Shown here: piece by piece, positions 9,474 through 19,587 of the stretch
How positions within the stretch are numbered: position 1 is the stretch's first letter
How the letters are laid out: each line of letters begins with the position of its first letter
Assembly (NCBI GenBank): GCA_034530875.2
Contig: JAVRCJ020000030.1
Coordinates: 24,939-88,938 of the forward strand
DNA: 64,000 nucleotides
DNA from: Nostoc sp. DedSLP01
Lineage (GTDB): Bacteria > Cyanobacteriota > Cyanobacteriia > Cyanobacteriales > Nostocaceae
Direction: 5' to 3'
Position numbers and translations under genes: made by a program
Notes under the pieces: generated by a model
Database searches by the model: none
The model's input: only the letters and a program-made list of their open reading frames with translations
Told to the model about the DNA's origin: nothing

Positions 9474-10598
9474 TCATACAAGAGCTTGGGAATGTCGCTT
9501 CCGGAAATAAGGTGCTTCAAGCCAATGGTAGGAGAGAGAAGACAAGGGAATCAACACTACGAGGGACAATATTAGGGCAATATGCTGAGTAAAAGGTGTT
9601 TCACCAAACTGTTTGGCAACTAATTGTGAAATCCATGCACAAGGATACCAATGCCATAAATAAAGGCTGTATGACCAACGACCAATGGCTTGGATGAAAC
9701 GATGACTGAGCCATTTTTCAAACACAGAACTGCTGGCGATCGCATTCCAGAGCATGAGGCTATAGCCGAGAGTTAAAACAGGTTCGGCTAGAATTTTACA
9801 TATATATCCAAAAGAGCTAGCTAAATTTACTACTTCAGTAACCATTAACAAACGACCGAAATAGGCGATGCTAAATGCAATTAAAAAACCCTTCTCCGCC
9901 GACAAAATTTTCGGGGGCATAATTTTTTTGATATATAACCAGGCTATACACATACCCCAAGCAAACTCCACTAGGCGGATAGGTATTTGAGGTTTCCAAA
10001 TCAGTTCTAATTCGGCAGGACTCGCATACATCCAAGTACGGCATCCCATCGAAAATAAAATAGTTACAGTAATTACAGGCCAAAATCCCCACTGTGCCGC
10101 AGCCCAAATAAATAAAGGCACAAACAGGTAAAAGTGCCACTCTGTTGCCAGCGACCAAAAAGGAGAAGCTAACCTTCCTGTATTCGGAAAAAAGATATGG
10201 GTAAAACTTGCATGAGACAACAAATCAACCCAAGGTAAAGATTTGCCTACAAAAATATAGATAATTGCACATACTGATGCTGATATATAGAAAGCCGGGG
10301 CAATTCTTAACCAACGGTTTTTCAGAAAAGTAACGTAACTAGTCCAGGCAAACTGAGTTTGTTGGCGGGTATACATTAAATACATGCAAAACCCACTAAT
10401 CACGAAAAACATATCTACTCCCGTGCCAATCATTGACACAGCTCTATTCAAGTCCAAATCAATAGAAGCAATTTTTCCCAATGATAAAATTGGGTTACCG
10501 CAGAAGAACCAAACATGGGCCCATACTACTCCTAGAACGGCGATACCACGCAAGCCGTCCACTGGGACAATTCGAGAATTAGCACGAACTTCAGCCAT
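9474..10598 (-). CDS. Acyltransferase family 3 (OafA-like O-acyltransferase)
   Basis: DGLRGIAVL.VV..H; GVD.FFVISGF; R.LRIAP; WSLATEWHFY; SYSLYLWH. Confidence 0.92.
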   Translation of the reverse strand: MAEVRANSRIVPVDGLRGIAVLGVVWAHVWFFCGNPILSLGKIASIDLDLNRAVSMIGTGVDMFFVISGFCMYLMYTRQQTQFAWTSYVTFLKNRWLRIAPAFYISASVCAIIYIFVGKSLPWVDLLSHASFTHIFFPNTGRLASPFWSLATEWHFYLFVPLFIWAAAQWGFWPVITVTILFSMGCRTWMYASPAELELIWKPQIPIRLVEFAWGMCIAWLYIKKIMPPKILSAEKGFLIAFSIAYFGRLLMVTEVVNLASSFGYICKILAEPVLTLGYSLMLWNAIASSSVFEKWLSHRFIQAIGRWSYSLYLWHWYPCAWISQLVAKQFGETPFTQHIALILSLVVLIPLSSLSYHWLEAPYFRKRHSQALV

Positions 10599-10659
10599 AA
10601 TAAAATTAAATTTTGAAGATTGCAGAAAAAATAACCAACCAAATTCTGATGGCTGACCA

Positions 10660-10840
10660 AGCCCCGTTGGGGCGCTTTGTTGGTTGTAGGGTGTGGGGTG
10701 TTAGGGAAGAAAAAGCCCCAACCACCTCCTTCTTTACAAGCCCTGCCCTTGAGGGCAATTGTGTTGGTAGGGGATACAAGCCCCTTCCAACACACTTTTC
10801 ACTACACCCTACACCCCACACCCCACACCCCACACCCTAT
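10660..10840. repeat. Inverted GGGGTGT/ACACCCC heptamer arrays with a small GC palindrome
   Basis: gtagggtgtggggtgttaggg ... ctacaccctacaccccacaccccacaccccacaccc; gccccgttggggc. Confidence 0.7.
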
Positions 10841-10864
10841 TTTTGACGTCTTGATTTTTTCTAG

Positions 10865-11638
10865 TTAATTTGTATTTTCGGCTTCTATTAGCCGAATTAC
10901 TAGCAGAATTTCTGCCAGTACGCGCTGCAATGCATAGTACCAACCATGCCAGCCATCTAAAATACCTCCTTTCAATATCAGGCAGTAAATTAAGATGATG
11001 AAGGGAGCTAGGATTTTTTGTTTGCGGATGCGATCGCCTAAACTAAGTTCGTTTTCTGGAGTTTCTAGTAATTTTTTTGCTTCGATCGCCATATAGCGAT
11101 CCTGCGCCCACAACCAACGGCTTAGGGGTTTGCGATCGTCGTGAAAAATGCAAGCTAAAAGTTTTTGAGAATTTCCCTCCACAATCACGCGATGCGCGTG
11201 TCCATCATCTTGATAAATCGCTTTTTTTGACTTATATAAAACTTTCCGTGGTGGTAGTAACGTACCGTGCAAAGGTTTGCCAAAAATACAATATTTAAAT
11301 GGCACAATATAACTATTTATTTCCGATTTTTCTGGTAAAAAATTAATTTCATTAATTAATTCTTCACTCAGAATATAATCAGCATCTAAAGAAAGAACCC
11401 AGGTAGTATCAATTTTTGATAAGCCATAATTGCATTGATTGGCAAAGGAATCAAATTTTCTATAAAAAACTTTTACTTGAGGATAATTTTGCAGGATGTC
11501 TACAGTATCATCATCACTATAACTGTCAATAACAATAATCTTGTTTGCCCAGGTCAGGCGCTCGATGACGCGATGAATATTTGGGGATTCGTTGTAAGTA
11601 AGGATGAGAGGAGTAATTCTCTCTAAGATAGATGCCAT
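10865..11638 (-). CDS. Glycosyltransferase family 2
   Basis: ILTYNE; VIDSYSDD.T; WVLSLDAD (DxD). Confidence 0.92.
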   Translation of the reverse strand: MASILERITPLILTYNESPNIHRVIERLTWANKIIVIDSYSDDDTVDILQNYPQVKVFYRKFDSFANQCNYGLSKIDTTWVLSLDADYILSEELINEINFLPEKSEINSYIVPFKYCIFGKPLHGTLLPPRKVLYKSKKAIYQDDGHAHRVIVEGNSQKLLACIFHDDRKPLSRWLWAQDRYMAIEAKKLLETPENELSLGDRIRKQKILAPFIILIYCLILKGGILDGWHGWYYALQRVLAEILLVIRLIEAENTN

Positions 11639-11777
11639 AAATCAATCAAGTTTATTAAGGATTGCCGAGTGTTTTCACTTAATCGCAGTCCACAAGAAAA
11701 AGCAGTCTGACGAATAAATTTGATGCGCTAGTCTTGAGAGCGATCGCTAAATACAGTCTCTTGATGACTTCGATATG

Positions 11778-12974
11778 CTAAATTATTGTTTGAGATAGTA
11801 ATTCTTGCTTGAGAAGTTTCGTATATATATCCATAAGATTTTTAGCAATGCGATTCCAGGTATAGTTCTCCAAAACTAATTGACGAGCGCGATCGCCCAT
11901 TTCTATACCGACTTGAGGATGGCTCAAATAGCGATCGATAGCTTCGGCAATTGCTGAAACATCCATTTGGGCAATGTAACCAAGCTGATTTTGTTGCACC
12001 ACACTAGCTAAAGCCACACCAGGAGTTAGTAAAACGGGAACGCCTACAGCTAAAGCCTCCAAAACAGCTACTCCAAAATTTTCCGAGTGGGATGTGAGTG
12101 CAAATAAATCCGAGCCTTGGATGAATAAGTTTTTTGTCTCTCCAGCCACAAATCCAGGCAGATAGGTGCGATGGCGAATGCCAGTTTTGACTAGAAGAGA
12201 CTCTATTTCCGCTTCGTATTCTTTGGTACCGCTACCTGCTAAAACAAAACTAAAACGGCGATCGCTCAATTTACCCAAGGCTTTGATGAGATAATCTAGT
12301 CCTTTTTTAGGATGCAAACGAGATAAAAATAAGATCACAGGTTCATCTGCTGGCAGGTTGAGGTATTGACGGAGGCGATGACGAGCGTTAGCTACAGGTT
12401 CGGGAATCAACAGTCCGTGAGGTAAAACAAAGCTAGGAACCCTCAAACCTAAATCAGCAACTTCCTGTTGTTCTTGTTGTGAGGTAAGGTGCAGTGCTTG
12501 GGCGTGGTTGAGGTTAGCTCGTTCGATGGACTGGAGATAAATCTGTTTTTTGCGGGCACTTTGCTGGAGCGACCATTCACACAGTTGTCCTAAAGGGCGA
12601 ACAATGTAAGGAATGTTTTTAATTCGAGCGATCGCCATCGCCACTGTAGAAGCGTATGAAAAAATAGCGTGGACATGTAACAAGTCGTAGTTACCAGCAT
12701 TTTGCCACAACCACCAAGTTAGCTGACTAGAAAAGGCAAATTCCCTAATGAAGTTAACTTGAGGAGAAAAACGCGAGAAAAACCAAATTGGTACTTGTTT
12801 ATACTCGATGCACTGTTTTAAAGGCACATCAAGTAAATCGTTGCCATTATCATTAGTGGTGGCAATTTCTGCTGCAACTCCTTGATTTCGCAGTGCTTTA
12901 ACTGTTTCTAATACTGCTTGACTAGGCCCGCCTCGCACTGATGCCACAGAAGGAATAATATGAAGAATTTTCAT
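11778..12974 (-). CDS. Glycosyltransferase family 4
   Basis: GGPSQAV; FLSRLHPKKGLD; SHSENFGVAVLEALA (E-x7-E). Confidence 0.92.
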   Translation of the reverse strand: MKILHIIPSVASVRGGPSQAVLETVKALRNQGVAAEIATTNDNGNDLLDVPLKQCIEYKQVPIWFFSRFSPQVNFIREFAFSSQLTWWLWQNAGNYDLLHVHAIFSYASTVAMAIARIKNIPYIVRPLGQLCEWSLQQSARKKQIYLQSIERANLNHAQALHLTSQQEQQEVADLGLRVPSFVLPHGLLIPEPVANARHRLRQYLNLPADEPVILFLSRLHPKKGLDYLIKALGKLSDRRFSFVLAGSGTKEYEAEIESLLVKTGIRHRTYLPGFVAGETKNLFIQGSDLFALTSHSENFGVAVLEALAVGVPVLLTPGVALASVVQQNQLGYIAQMDVSAIAEAIDRYLSHPQVGIEMGDRARQLVLENYTWNRIAKNLMDIYTKLLKQELLSQTII

Positions 12975-13116
12975 GTTTATCCAAAACTTTTACGTTTTGA
13001 AATAGGAGTTATCAAACTAAGAATATTTGTTTTCTTACTATATAGAAATATAAATTTAATTTATTCTACAAGATTTCTAATTTTGATTGTGGGAATTTTC
13101 TCGTTCATTTTAAAAC

Positions 13117-14925
13117 TTATACTGCAACTTGCTGCCACCAAGAATGGAGAATTGCTAAACTCCAACGACGATACCATAGTTTGAGATTAATATCTTTACT
13201 GAATTCATGAACTGGAAAATAATCGCTCCAATCTTTCTCTATCCATTCCTGGAATGGAAAAAAGAATCCTCGCTTGGGACGATTAAGCAACCAACTTGGT
13301 AACTCAGGAATTGCTTGAATTAATAATTGTTTACCTGGTGCGAGACGCATCTGGCTAGGAATAGAAGCGATCGCTTCTAGTAAAGCTCGGTCAACTAAGG
13401 GAACTCGCAATTCTAAACCCCATGCCATACTCATAATATCGCTATCGCGCAACAACTGATTACGCATATAACAGCTCAGTTCTAAACGGCTAACTTCATC
13501 TTCCAAAGAAGGGAGATTTTTAGTGAGGTTGCTATCTGGAAAAATCATTCCCTCCCAAATCGGAAAATAGGAATCTTTGAGGTAGTGCCGAGTAATTTTC
13601 CAAGCTTCTGTTTGGGAGAAAATGCCTCTAAAACTACGGTAAGCTGCTGCACTTGTTGGCTTTTGTTGTAAAAAGTCTCCTAAACGTTTGATTCGTGGCG
13701 ATGTCCCCCAAGTTGCTAATCCTTTGCCTACAGTGTTACTGATGGGTTGAATTTTGTGGAGTTGCTGACCCCAACGAACCATATTTGGCACTTGCTGAAA
13801 TGTTTTATAGCCACCAAATAATTCATCTCCACCTAATCCAGATAAAACTACTTTAGTCCCATCTTTGCAGGCAATTTGGGAGACACAAAAAGTATTGAAG
13901 CCGTCAATACTAGGTTGGTCGATACTTGCTAAAAATTTTGGTAATAAATCTCGTCCTAAAGAGGAAGTTACTCGATATTCTGTATGTTCGGTATCAAATT
14001 CTTGAGCAATCTTTTGGGCGAGTTCTCCTTCATTCCACTCATTTTCTTCAAAGCCAATTGAGTAGGTGCGTAAATTCCCTTTTTGAGTTTGACGAGCTAA
14101 GGCAACAATTGAGCTTGAGTCAATTCCACCACTTAAAAATATTCCTACTGGCACATCGCTGATAAAGTGATGTTCGGTAGAGTCAATGAGTGCATTACGG
14201 ACTTTTTCTTTAGCTTCTGCCAGAGAAATTGTTTCCGAACCAAAGTTAATTTGCCAATATTGTTTTTGGATGAGATTACCTGCTTGCCATCGCAACCAAT
14301 GGCCGGCTTGTAAACAGCGAATTCCGGCAATTAAGGTGTGAGGTTCTGGTACTGTTCCACTGACAAGATAGCCATATAAACCCTCTGGACTTAAGGCAAT
14401 GCTAGGTAATTTCGATGCTAGAATTGCTCTAATTTCTGAAGCGAATATTAAATTCGCTCCAGATTGCCAATAGTATAAAGGTTTAATTCCTAAAGGATCG
14501 CGGGCAATAAAGCAGGTTTGTTCTTGGTTATCCCAAATCGCAAAAGCAAACATACCGCGCAATTTATCGACGCATTCTGCTCCTTGCTGCTGATAAAGTT
14601 TGAGAATAACTTCAGTATCGGTTTGGGAAGAAAATTTTTCTCCTTTTGCTTCTAGAGTTTGCCGCAGTTCTAGAAAGTTGTAAATTTCTCCATTAAAAGT
14701 AATCCAATAGCGTCCGTCAGCTGTAGACATCGGTTGATGTCCTGCTGCACTCAGGTCAAGAATGGAAAGGCGAGTATGAGCAAAACCAACTTCTCTATCT
14801 GGAGAAATATAAATTCCTCGGTCGTCAGGGCCGCGATGCTGGAGCGCATTTTGCATTCTCAGCATTAAGGTTTCCAAACTGTTTTTAATCTCAGTTTGCG
14901 TTAAAATTCCGGCAATGCCACACAT
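13117..14925 (-). CDS. asnB: Asparagine synthase-like glutamine amidotransferase (polysaccharide amidation, WbpS-like by context)
   Basis: N-terminal MCGIAG (Ntn Cys); HRGPDD; FNGEIYNF; LSGGIDSS; SGLGGDELFGGY; located within a glycan locus. Confidence 0.93.
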   Translation of the reverse strand: MCGIAGILTQTEIKNSLETLMLRMQNALQHRGPDDRGIYISPDREVGFAHTRLSILDLSAAGHQPMSTADGRYWITFNGEIYNFLELRQTLEAKGEKFSSQTDTEVILKLYQQQGAECVDKLRGMFAFAIWDNQEQTCFIARDPLGIKPLYYWQSGANLIFASEIRAILASKLPSIALSPEGLYGYLVSGTVPEPHTLIAGIRCLQAGHWLRWQAGNLIQKQYWQINFGSETISLAEAKEKVRNALIDSTEHHFISDVPVGIFLSGGIDSSSIVALARQTQKGNLRTYSIGFEENEWNEGELAQKIAQEFDTEHTEYRVTSSLGRDLLPKFLASIDQPSIDGFNTFCVSQIACKDGTKVVLSGLGGDELFGGYKTFQQVPNMVRWGQQLHKIQPISNTVGKGLATWGTSPRIKRLGDFLQQKPTSAAAYRSFRGIFSQTEAWKITRHYLKDSYFPIWEGMIFPDSNLTKNLPSLEDEVSRLELSCYMRNQLLRDSDIMSMAWGLELRVPLVDRALLEAIASIPSQMRLAPGKQLLIQAIPELPSWLLNRPKRGFFFPFQEWIEKDWSDYFPVHEFSKDINLKLWYRRWSLAILHSWWQQVAV

Positions 14926-14992
14926 AATTTTTTAATTACTAAAAAATTTTTACATAATAAGAGATTGAAAATAATTGTCATTTTTAAAGCAT

Positions 14993-16180
14993 TTATTTGC
15001 AATAATTATGGTTGAAAATAAATGCTTGGTAAACATCAATAATTTTAGTTACTATTTTCTCCCAAGTGTATTTTTCTCTAATCGTTTGACGAGCGCGATC
15101 GCCCATATTTTTACCTTCTTGGGGATGAGTCAGATATTTTTCGATAGCTAAAGCGATCGCCACTACATCCATTTGAACAACGTAACCCAGTTGGTGTTCT
15201 TGAACCACACTAGCCAAAGCAACACCAGGGGTAAGCAAAACGGGAACGCCGACAGCTAAAGCCTCTAGAACTGCTAAACCGAAGTTTTCAGTATGCGAAG
15301 TTAAGGCAAACAGATCCGAGCCTTGAAGTAAGAGGTCTTTTGTCTCTCCAACAACAAATCCTGTAAAATGAGTGCGATCGCGAATGTTATTTGCAACCAG
15401 CGCCGACTCAATCTCTGTTTCATATTCTTGAGAACCACTACCTGCGATCGCAAAGGTGAAACGATGGTGAGTGAGTTTGCCCAAAGCAGGAATCAGATAG
15501 TCTAGTCCTTTTTTGGGATGCAGGCGGGATAAAAATAAAATAATGGGTTCGTCTGGTGGGACTTTTAAATGTTGGCGGAGTAGATAACGGGCATTGAAAA
15601 TCGGTTGGGGTGTAGAAAGTCCGTGAGGTAATACAAAAATAGGGGCTTTGAGTCTTAATTGAGCAACTTCTTCATGTTCTTGTTGGGAGGTAAGATGGAT
15701 AGCCTGAGAGCGATCGAGGTTAGCTTGCTCGATTAACCTCATGTAAATTTGCTTTCTGCGGCTGCTTTGCTGCAAAGACCATTGGCATAATAAGCCATGC
15801 GGCATCGTAATATAGGGAACATTTTTTAGGCGAGCGATCGCCATTGCGATCGTTGATGTATAAGAGAATATCGCATGAATATGTAAAATATCGTAGTCGC
15901 AAATATTATCCCACAGCCACACTGTTAGCTGCCAAGAAAAAGCGTATTCTCTGATAATTTTTATCGGGGGTGAAAAGCGATAGAAAAACGTAATTGGAAC
16001 TTGTTTATATTCAATAAGTTTCTGTAAAGGAACATCAAGTAAGTAGTTGCCATTGTCGTTAGTTGTGGCAATTTCAGCATCAATATTTTTAGCTCGTAAT
16101 GCCTTAACTATATCCATAACAACAAGACTTGGGCCGCCCCGCACATGAGAAACAGATGGAATAATATGGAGAACTCTCAT
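14993..16180 (-). CDS. Glycosyltransferase family 4 (close paralog of 11778-12974)
   Basis: MRVLHIIPSV..VRGGPS; FLSRLHPKKGLD; ENFGLAVLEALA; ATG at 16180 chosen by alignment to the paralog (ORF track starts at 16198). Confidence 0.92.
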   Translation of the reverse strand: MRVLHIIPSVSHVRGGPSLVVMDIVKALRAKNIDAEIATTNDNGNYLLDVPLQKLIEYKQVPITFFYRFSPPIKIIREYAFSWQLTVWLWDNICDYDILHIHAIFSYTSTIAMAIARLKNVPYITMPHGLLCQWSLQQSSRRKQIYMRLIEQANLDRSQAIHLTSQQEHEEVAQLRLKAPIFVLPHGLSTPQPIFNARYLLRQHLKVPPDEPIILFLSRLHPKKGLDYLIPALGKLTHHRFTFAIAGSGSQEYETEIESALVANNIRDRTHFTGFVVGETKDLLLQGSDLFALTSHTENFGLAVLEALAVGVPVLLTPGVALASVVQEHQLGYVVQMDVVAIALAIEKYLTHPQEGKNMGDRARQTIREKYTWEKIVTKIIDVYQAFIFNHNYCK

Positions 16181-16218
16181 AATGGAGTTTTGTAGCACTG
16201 TCGAGGAATATCCACTAT

Positions 16219-17379
16219 TTAATCTTTTGAAACAAGGCGTTGTTTACTCGCTATAAAATTAAATTTTTCATTAATGGCCTGATGATAAACTTTAATATAC
16301 TCGTAAACCATTTTATCTGCGGAAAATCTTTGAGAATTCACAAATCCTTTTAACTTTAATGTTTTTAGTGTAGGCAGATTACAAATAATAATTTCGGCAG
16401 TTTCTTGTGGTTGATCCGGTTCTATATATATAGCTGCTTCTCCTCCCACATCTTTCATTGGAGAACGATTTGATGTAAATACAGGGCAACCACAAGCTTG
16501 AGCTTCTATAATCGGCCAACCAAAACCTTCATACAGAGAAGGAAAAAGTAAGGCTGTCGCAGTAGAATAAATAGCTCTGAGATTTTCGTTATCAATTTCT
16601 ACTAGCTCTATTACCTTTTGAGCAATATTATGAGTTTTGATAAAGTGATGCATTTCATCAGTCATGGGTTTACCTACCATGACCAAGTAAAACTCTGGTT
16701 CGTTCAATTGCCCAATCAAATTATAAAAGATTGATAATACTCCCAATCGATTTTTATACCAGTGATTTGCTCCTACATGCAGAATAAATTGGCAATTTTC
16801 CGGAATTCCCAAAGCTTTTAAACGTGCTTGCGATTCTGTAGATGCCATCGGATTATAGGGATAGTTTAAGCCCATCTGAATCACAGATACAGCACTATCC
16901 GGCAGAGAAGAAAGACGCAACACATCACTTTTAGTCGCTTGGGAAACACAAGCAACTTTTTGCGCTTGATTAAGTCCCCTCATCACCATCTGCTGCAATT
17001 GCTTACCAGTCCATCCAGTACGATATTCTGGAAATTCTCCCAAACCAGAACGAATCGGGAATAAGTCATGACAAGTAATAATATGGGGAATATTTTGTAA
17101 ATATTTTGCATAAAACGCATTACCTTGATCGCAAATATGAACTACATCTGCCCAAGATAATGCTTGACGCAATTGCACCGGGAAGATAACTAATTTATCA
17201 ATATAACCTAACCATTTTCGTAAAAAAGCTGATGAAATTAGATTCCCAAACCAAGGAGTTGGGCGAATAACTTGTACTTGATGCCCAAGTTTGGTTAAGT
17301 AATTTTCCAACATAGAGGCAAATATATCCATACTTATAATTGCATCTAATTGGTAATTAGCTATTAACAAAATTTTCAT
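16219..17379 (-). CDS. Glycosyltransferase family 4 (mannosyltransferase-like)
   Basis: TCHDL; FPSLYEGFGWPIIEAQACGCPV. Confidence 0.9.
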   Translation of the reverse strand: MKILLIANYQLDAIISMDIFASMLENYLTKLGHQVQVIRPTPWFGNLISSAFLRKWLGYIDKLVIFPVQLRQALSWADVVHICDQGNAFYAKYLQNIPHIITCHDLFPIRSGLGEFPEYRTGWTGKQLQQMVMRGLNQAQKVACVSQATKSDVLRLSSLPDSAVSVIQMGLNYPYNPMASTESQARLKALGIPENCQFILHVGANHWYKNRLGVLSIFYNLIGQLNEPEFYLVMVGKPMTDEMHHFIKTHNIAQKVIELVEIDNENLRAIYSTATALLFPSLYEGFGWPIIEAQACGCPVFTSNRSPMKDVGGEAAIYIEPDQPQETAEIIICNLPTLKTLKLKGFVNSQRFSADKMVYEYIKVYHQAINEKFNFIASKQRLVSKD

Positions 17380-17394
17380 TAATTATTATAAATT

Positions 17395-18363
17395 TTATTT
17401 GTGCCGAGAATATTTTGATTTTAGACACCAGAGTATTCGCTTGGCATTAATTATAGTTTCTGGAGGCAATATAGACTTGATAAGGTTTTTGTTAATTGCC
17501 TCAAAGATTTTGGGTAACAATTGCTTTTGTAACTCTAAAATATCTTCCAGTTTCATAGTAGCAATAGAAGTGTTAGGAAAAGCTGGATAATCTCTTTTAA
17601 AACCAAATCCCAGATAATCCATTACCTCTGGTGTGAGATTATCAAGATACTCAGTATTTACGAGATTTTTCTCACCATGTCCTATATTTTTACTCCCAAC
17701 TTCATCGACTTGAAAAAGTAAGGTAGTTCTGTCGTAGGTTTTATCTTGAAAAGGTTCTGCTCTATGTATTCCGTGGATATCGCATAAGATAAAACTTCCC
17801 TTGGGCATGGGAAATGTTAGGATATCTTTGCTATATTTACTCTCAATATAACTATCGCTCAAGTAAATCTCATTTCTATATTTTCTAGACCATTTATGAG
17901 AATCCTTGATATATTGAAAAGCATTTTTTTCAACATCAGATAAATAAAACAAAAATAACAGACCAGGCATATTATGTTTTTCAGATAATTGTTTGCCTAC
18001 TTGACGGTTGTTATCCGTATGCCAGGGCATGTGCGAATTTTTAGATATTTGATAAACTCGATGATTAGTTAACTTATAACTATCCGTAAAATATTGTTTA
18101 CAAATCTCTAAAACTTTTTTTGAAGTAATGACATCGTAGGTTTTTTTAGATCCGGCTAGGCAATGAGTAAAAAATTTAATATCTTGAGCCTTAACTACAC
18201 CAATATCATTAGTATTTAGAAGTATTTGATTGAAATCAATTTCTTGAAGTAGTTCGTCAATATATTGTGAGTTTAATGCTTGTTCAAAAGCAAAATAACC
18301 TTTATTTCTCAGGTCATTTACGATTTTACTAGTACTAAAATTGGCAAAATATGGATTAAACAT
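17395..18363 (-). CDS. Phytanoyl-CoA dioxygenase (PhyH)-like 2OG-Fe(II) oxygenase
   Basis: PWHTD (HxD); LFYLSDV; SHKW; distal HGIHRA His. Confidence 0.75.
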   Translation of the reverse strand: MFNPYFANFSTSKIVNDLRNKGYFAFEQALNSQYIDELLQEIDFNQILLNTNDIGVVKAQDIKFFTHCLAGSKKTYDVITSKKVLEICKQYFTDSYKLTNHRVYQISKNSHMPWHTDNNRQVGKQLSEKHNMPGLLFLFYLSDVEKNAFQYIKDSHKWSRKYRNEIYLSDSYIESKYSKDILTFPMPKGSFILCDIHGIHRAEPFQDKTYDRTTLLFQVDEVGSKNIGHGEKNLVNTEYLDNLTPEVMDYLGFGFKRDYPAFPNTSIATMKLEDILELQKQLLPKIFEAINKNLIKSILPPETIINAKRILWCLKSKYSRHK

Positions 18364-18387
18364 AATTTATTAAATTTTATATAACTA

Positions 18388-19551
18388 TCAGTTACATATA
18401 TAATATTTTTCTAAATAGCTACCTAGAGTTTTTTTAAATTGTTCAAAGCCAAATTTTTCAATTACCTTTTTTCTCAAAGTCTCTGGTTGATAGATGAGGG
18501 GATTAGGATAAGTACCCTGTAGGATTTGAATTATTGTTTTGGCGATCGCATTTATATCATCCGGATCGACTAGCGCACCTAACTCGCCCTGACAGAGGGC
18601 ATCTTGCGCCCCATCTTGATTGCCTCCAAGGGTAGGTTTACCGCAGCCGAGAGCCTCTAGGTAAACAATACCAAATCCTTCTCCTTTGCTTGGCATCGCA
18701 AATAAATCGCACAGCTGGTAATGGGAACTAAGTTCTTCATCAGCAACGAAGCCAGTTAAAGTTACGCAATCTTCGAGTTGATATTGAGAAATTAGCTGTT
18801 CGATTCGGGGTTTATCGTCTCCCTTACCTACTAAAATGTAACGAACATCAGGAATTGCCTGACGAATTTGGGGTAAGGCAGCTAGAATTTTATCGTAGCC
18901 TTTGTAATGCTCTGATTGGGAAAGCCGAGCAACGGTAAGGATAATAGGTTGTTCGGGTTTCAAACCATATCGTTTGAGGAGGCTATCTGGTTTAGGTGCA
19001 ATCTGAAAATTATTGGCATCGAAAGTATTGGGTAGAACGACGACTTTATCGGGGTCGAGGTTTTGTTCTTGGAGGAGGCGATCGCGTGTATAGTGACTAA
19101 CGGCTAGAATTTTGTCAGCATATTTCAGGGCTGTCTGTAGATTAGAATTCTGAAGATTCCAAACCTCAATTCCATGAGCTACAACCCAGTAAGGAATGCC
19201 TATTAGTCGTTTTAATAAGTAAGTAGCAACGCTAAAGTTGAGATGAGAAGTGATAATCAAGCTAGGAGATTGTAGAATTCCATATCCGATAATTTGACTA
19301 GCAAAGACAATTGTCCGTAAAGGTAACGGCCAAGTTCCTGCAAAGTAAAATTCGGTGTTAGCGTTAAAAAAAGATTTTTTTGAGCAGCGAGTATCTTGTT
19401 TGAGAAAAATATTATAGTTTACCTTGGGATATAAGTATTGTAATGCTTCCAGTAAAAATACTGAATAAACTTGAATTCCACCCTTCAATTCAAAAATCTC
19501 CGGAAACCATAAGGAGATTTTTTTATATTTTTGATATTTGTATTTTTCCAT
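18388..19551 (-). CDS. Glycosyltransferase family 4
   Basis: GGIQVY; TVARL...E.YKGYD; MPSKGEGFGIVYLEAL. Confidence 0.92.
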   Translation of the reverse strand: MEKYKYQKYKKISLWFPEIFELKGGIQVYSVFLLEALQYLYPKVNYNIFLKQDTRCSKKSFFNANTEFYFAGTWPLPLRTIVFASQIIGYGILQSPSLIITSHLNFSVATYLLKRLIGIPYWVVAHGIEVWNLQNSNLQTALKYADKILAVSHYTRDRLLQEQNLDPDKVVVLPNTFDANNFQIAPKPDSLLKRYGLKPEQPIILTVARLSQSEHYKGYDKILAALPQIRQAIPDVRYILVGKGDDKPRIEQLISQYQLEDCVTLTGFVADEELSSHYQLCDLFAMPSKGEGFGIVYLEALGCGKPTLGGNQDGAQDALCQGELGALVDPDDINAIAKTIIQILQGTYPNPLIYQPETLRKKVIEKFGFEQFKKTLGSYLEKYYICN

Positions 19552-19587
19552 AACAAAACCTCAGACTATGAGTCTGAATTATCTCTA

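Noticed and set aside
10532..10868. Several short overlapping ORFs (PHTPHP / GCGVWG)
   Set aside because: They are artefacts of the GGGGTGT/ACACCCC intergenic repeats.
13117..14925. Lasso-peptide cyclase or housekeeping asparagine synthetase
   Set aside because: It has a full Ntn glutaminase domain with Cys2, no lasso B protein or precursor nearby, and GTs on both sides. Glycan amidation is more parsimonious.
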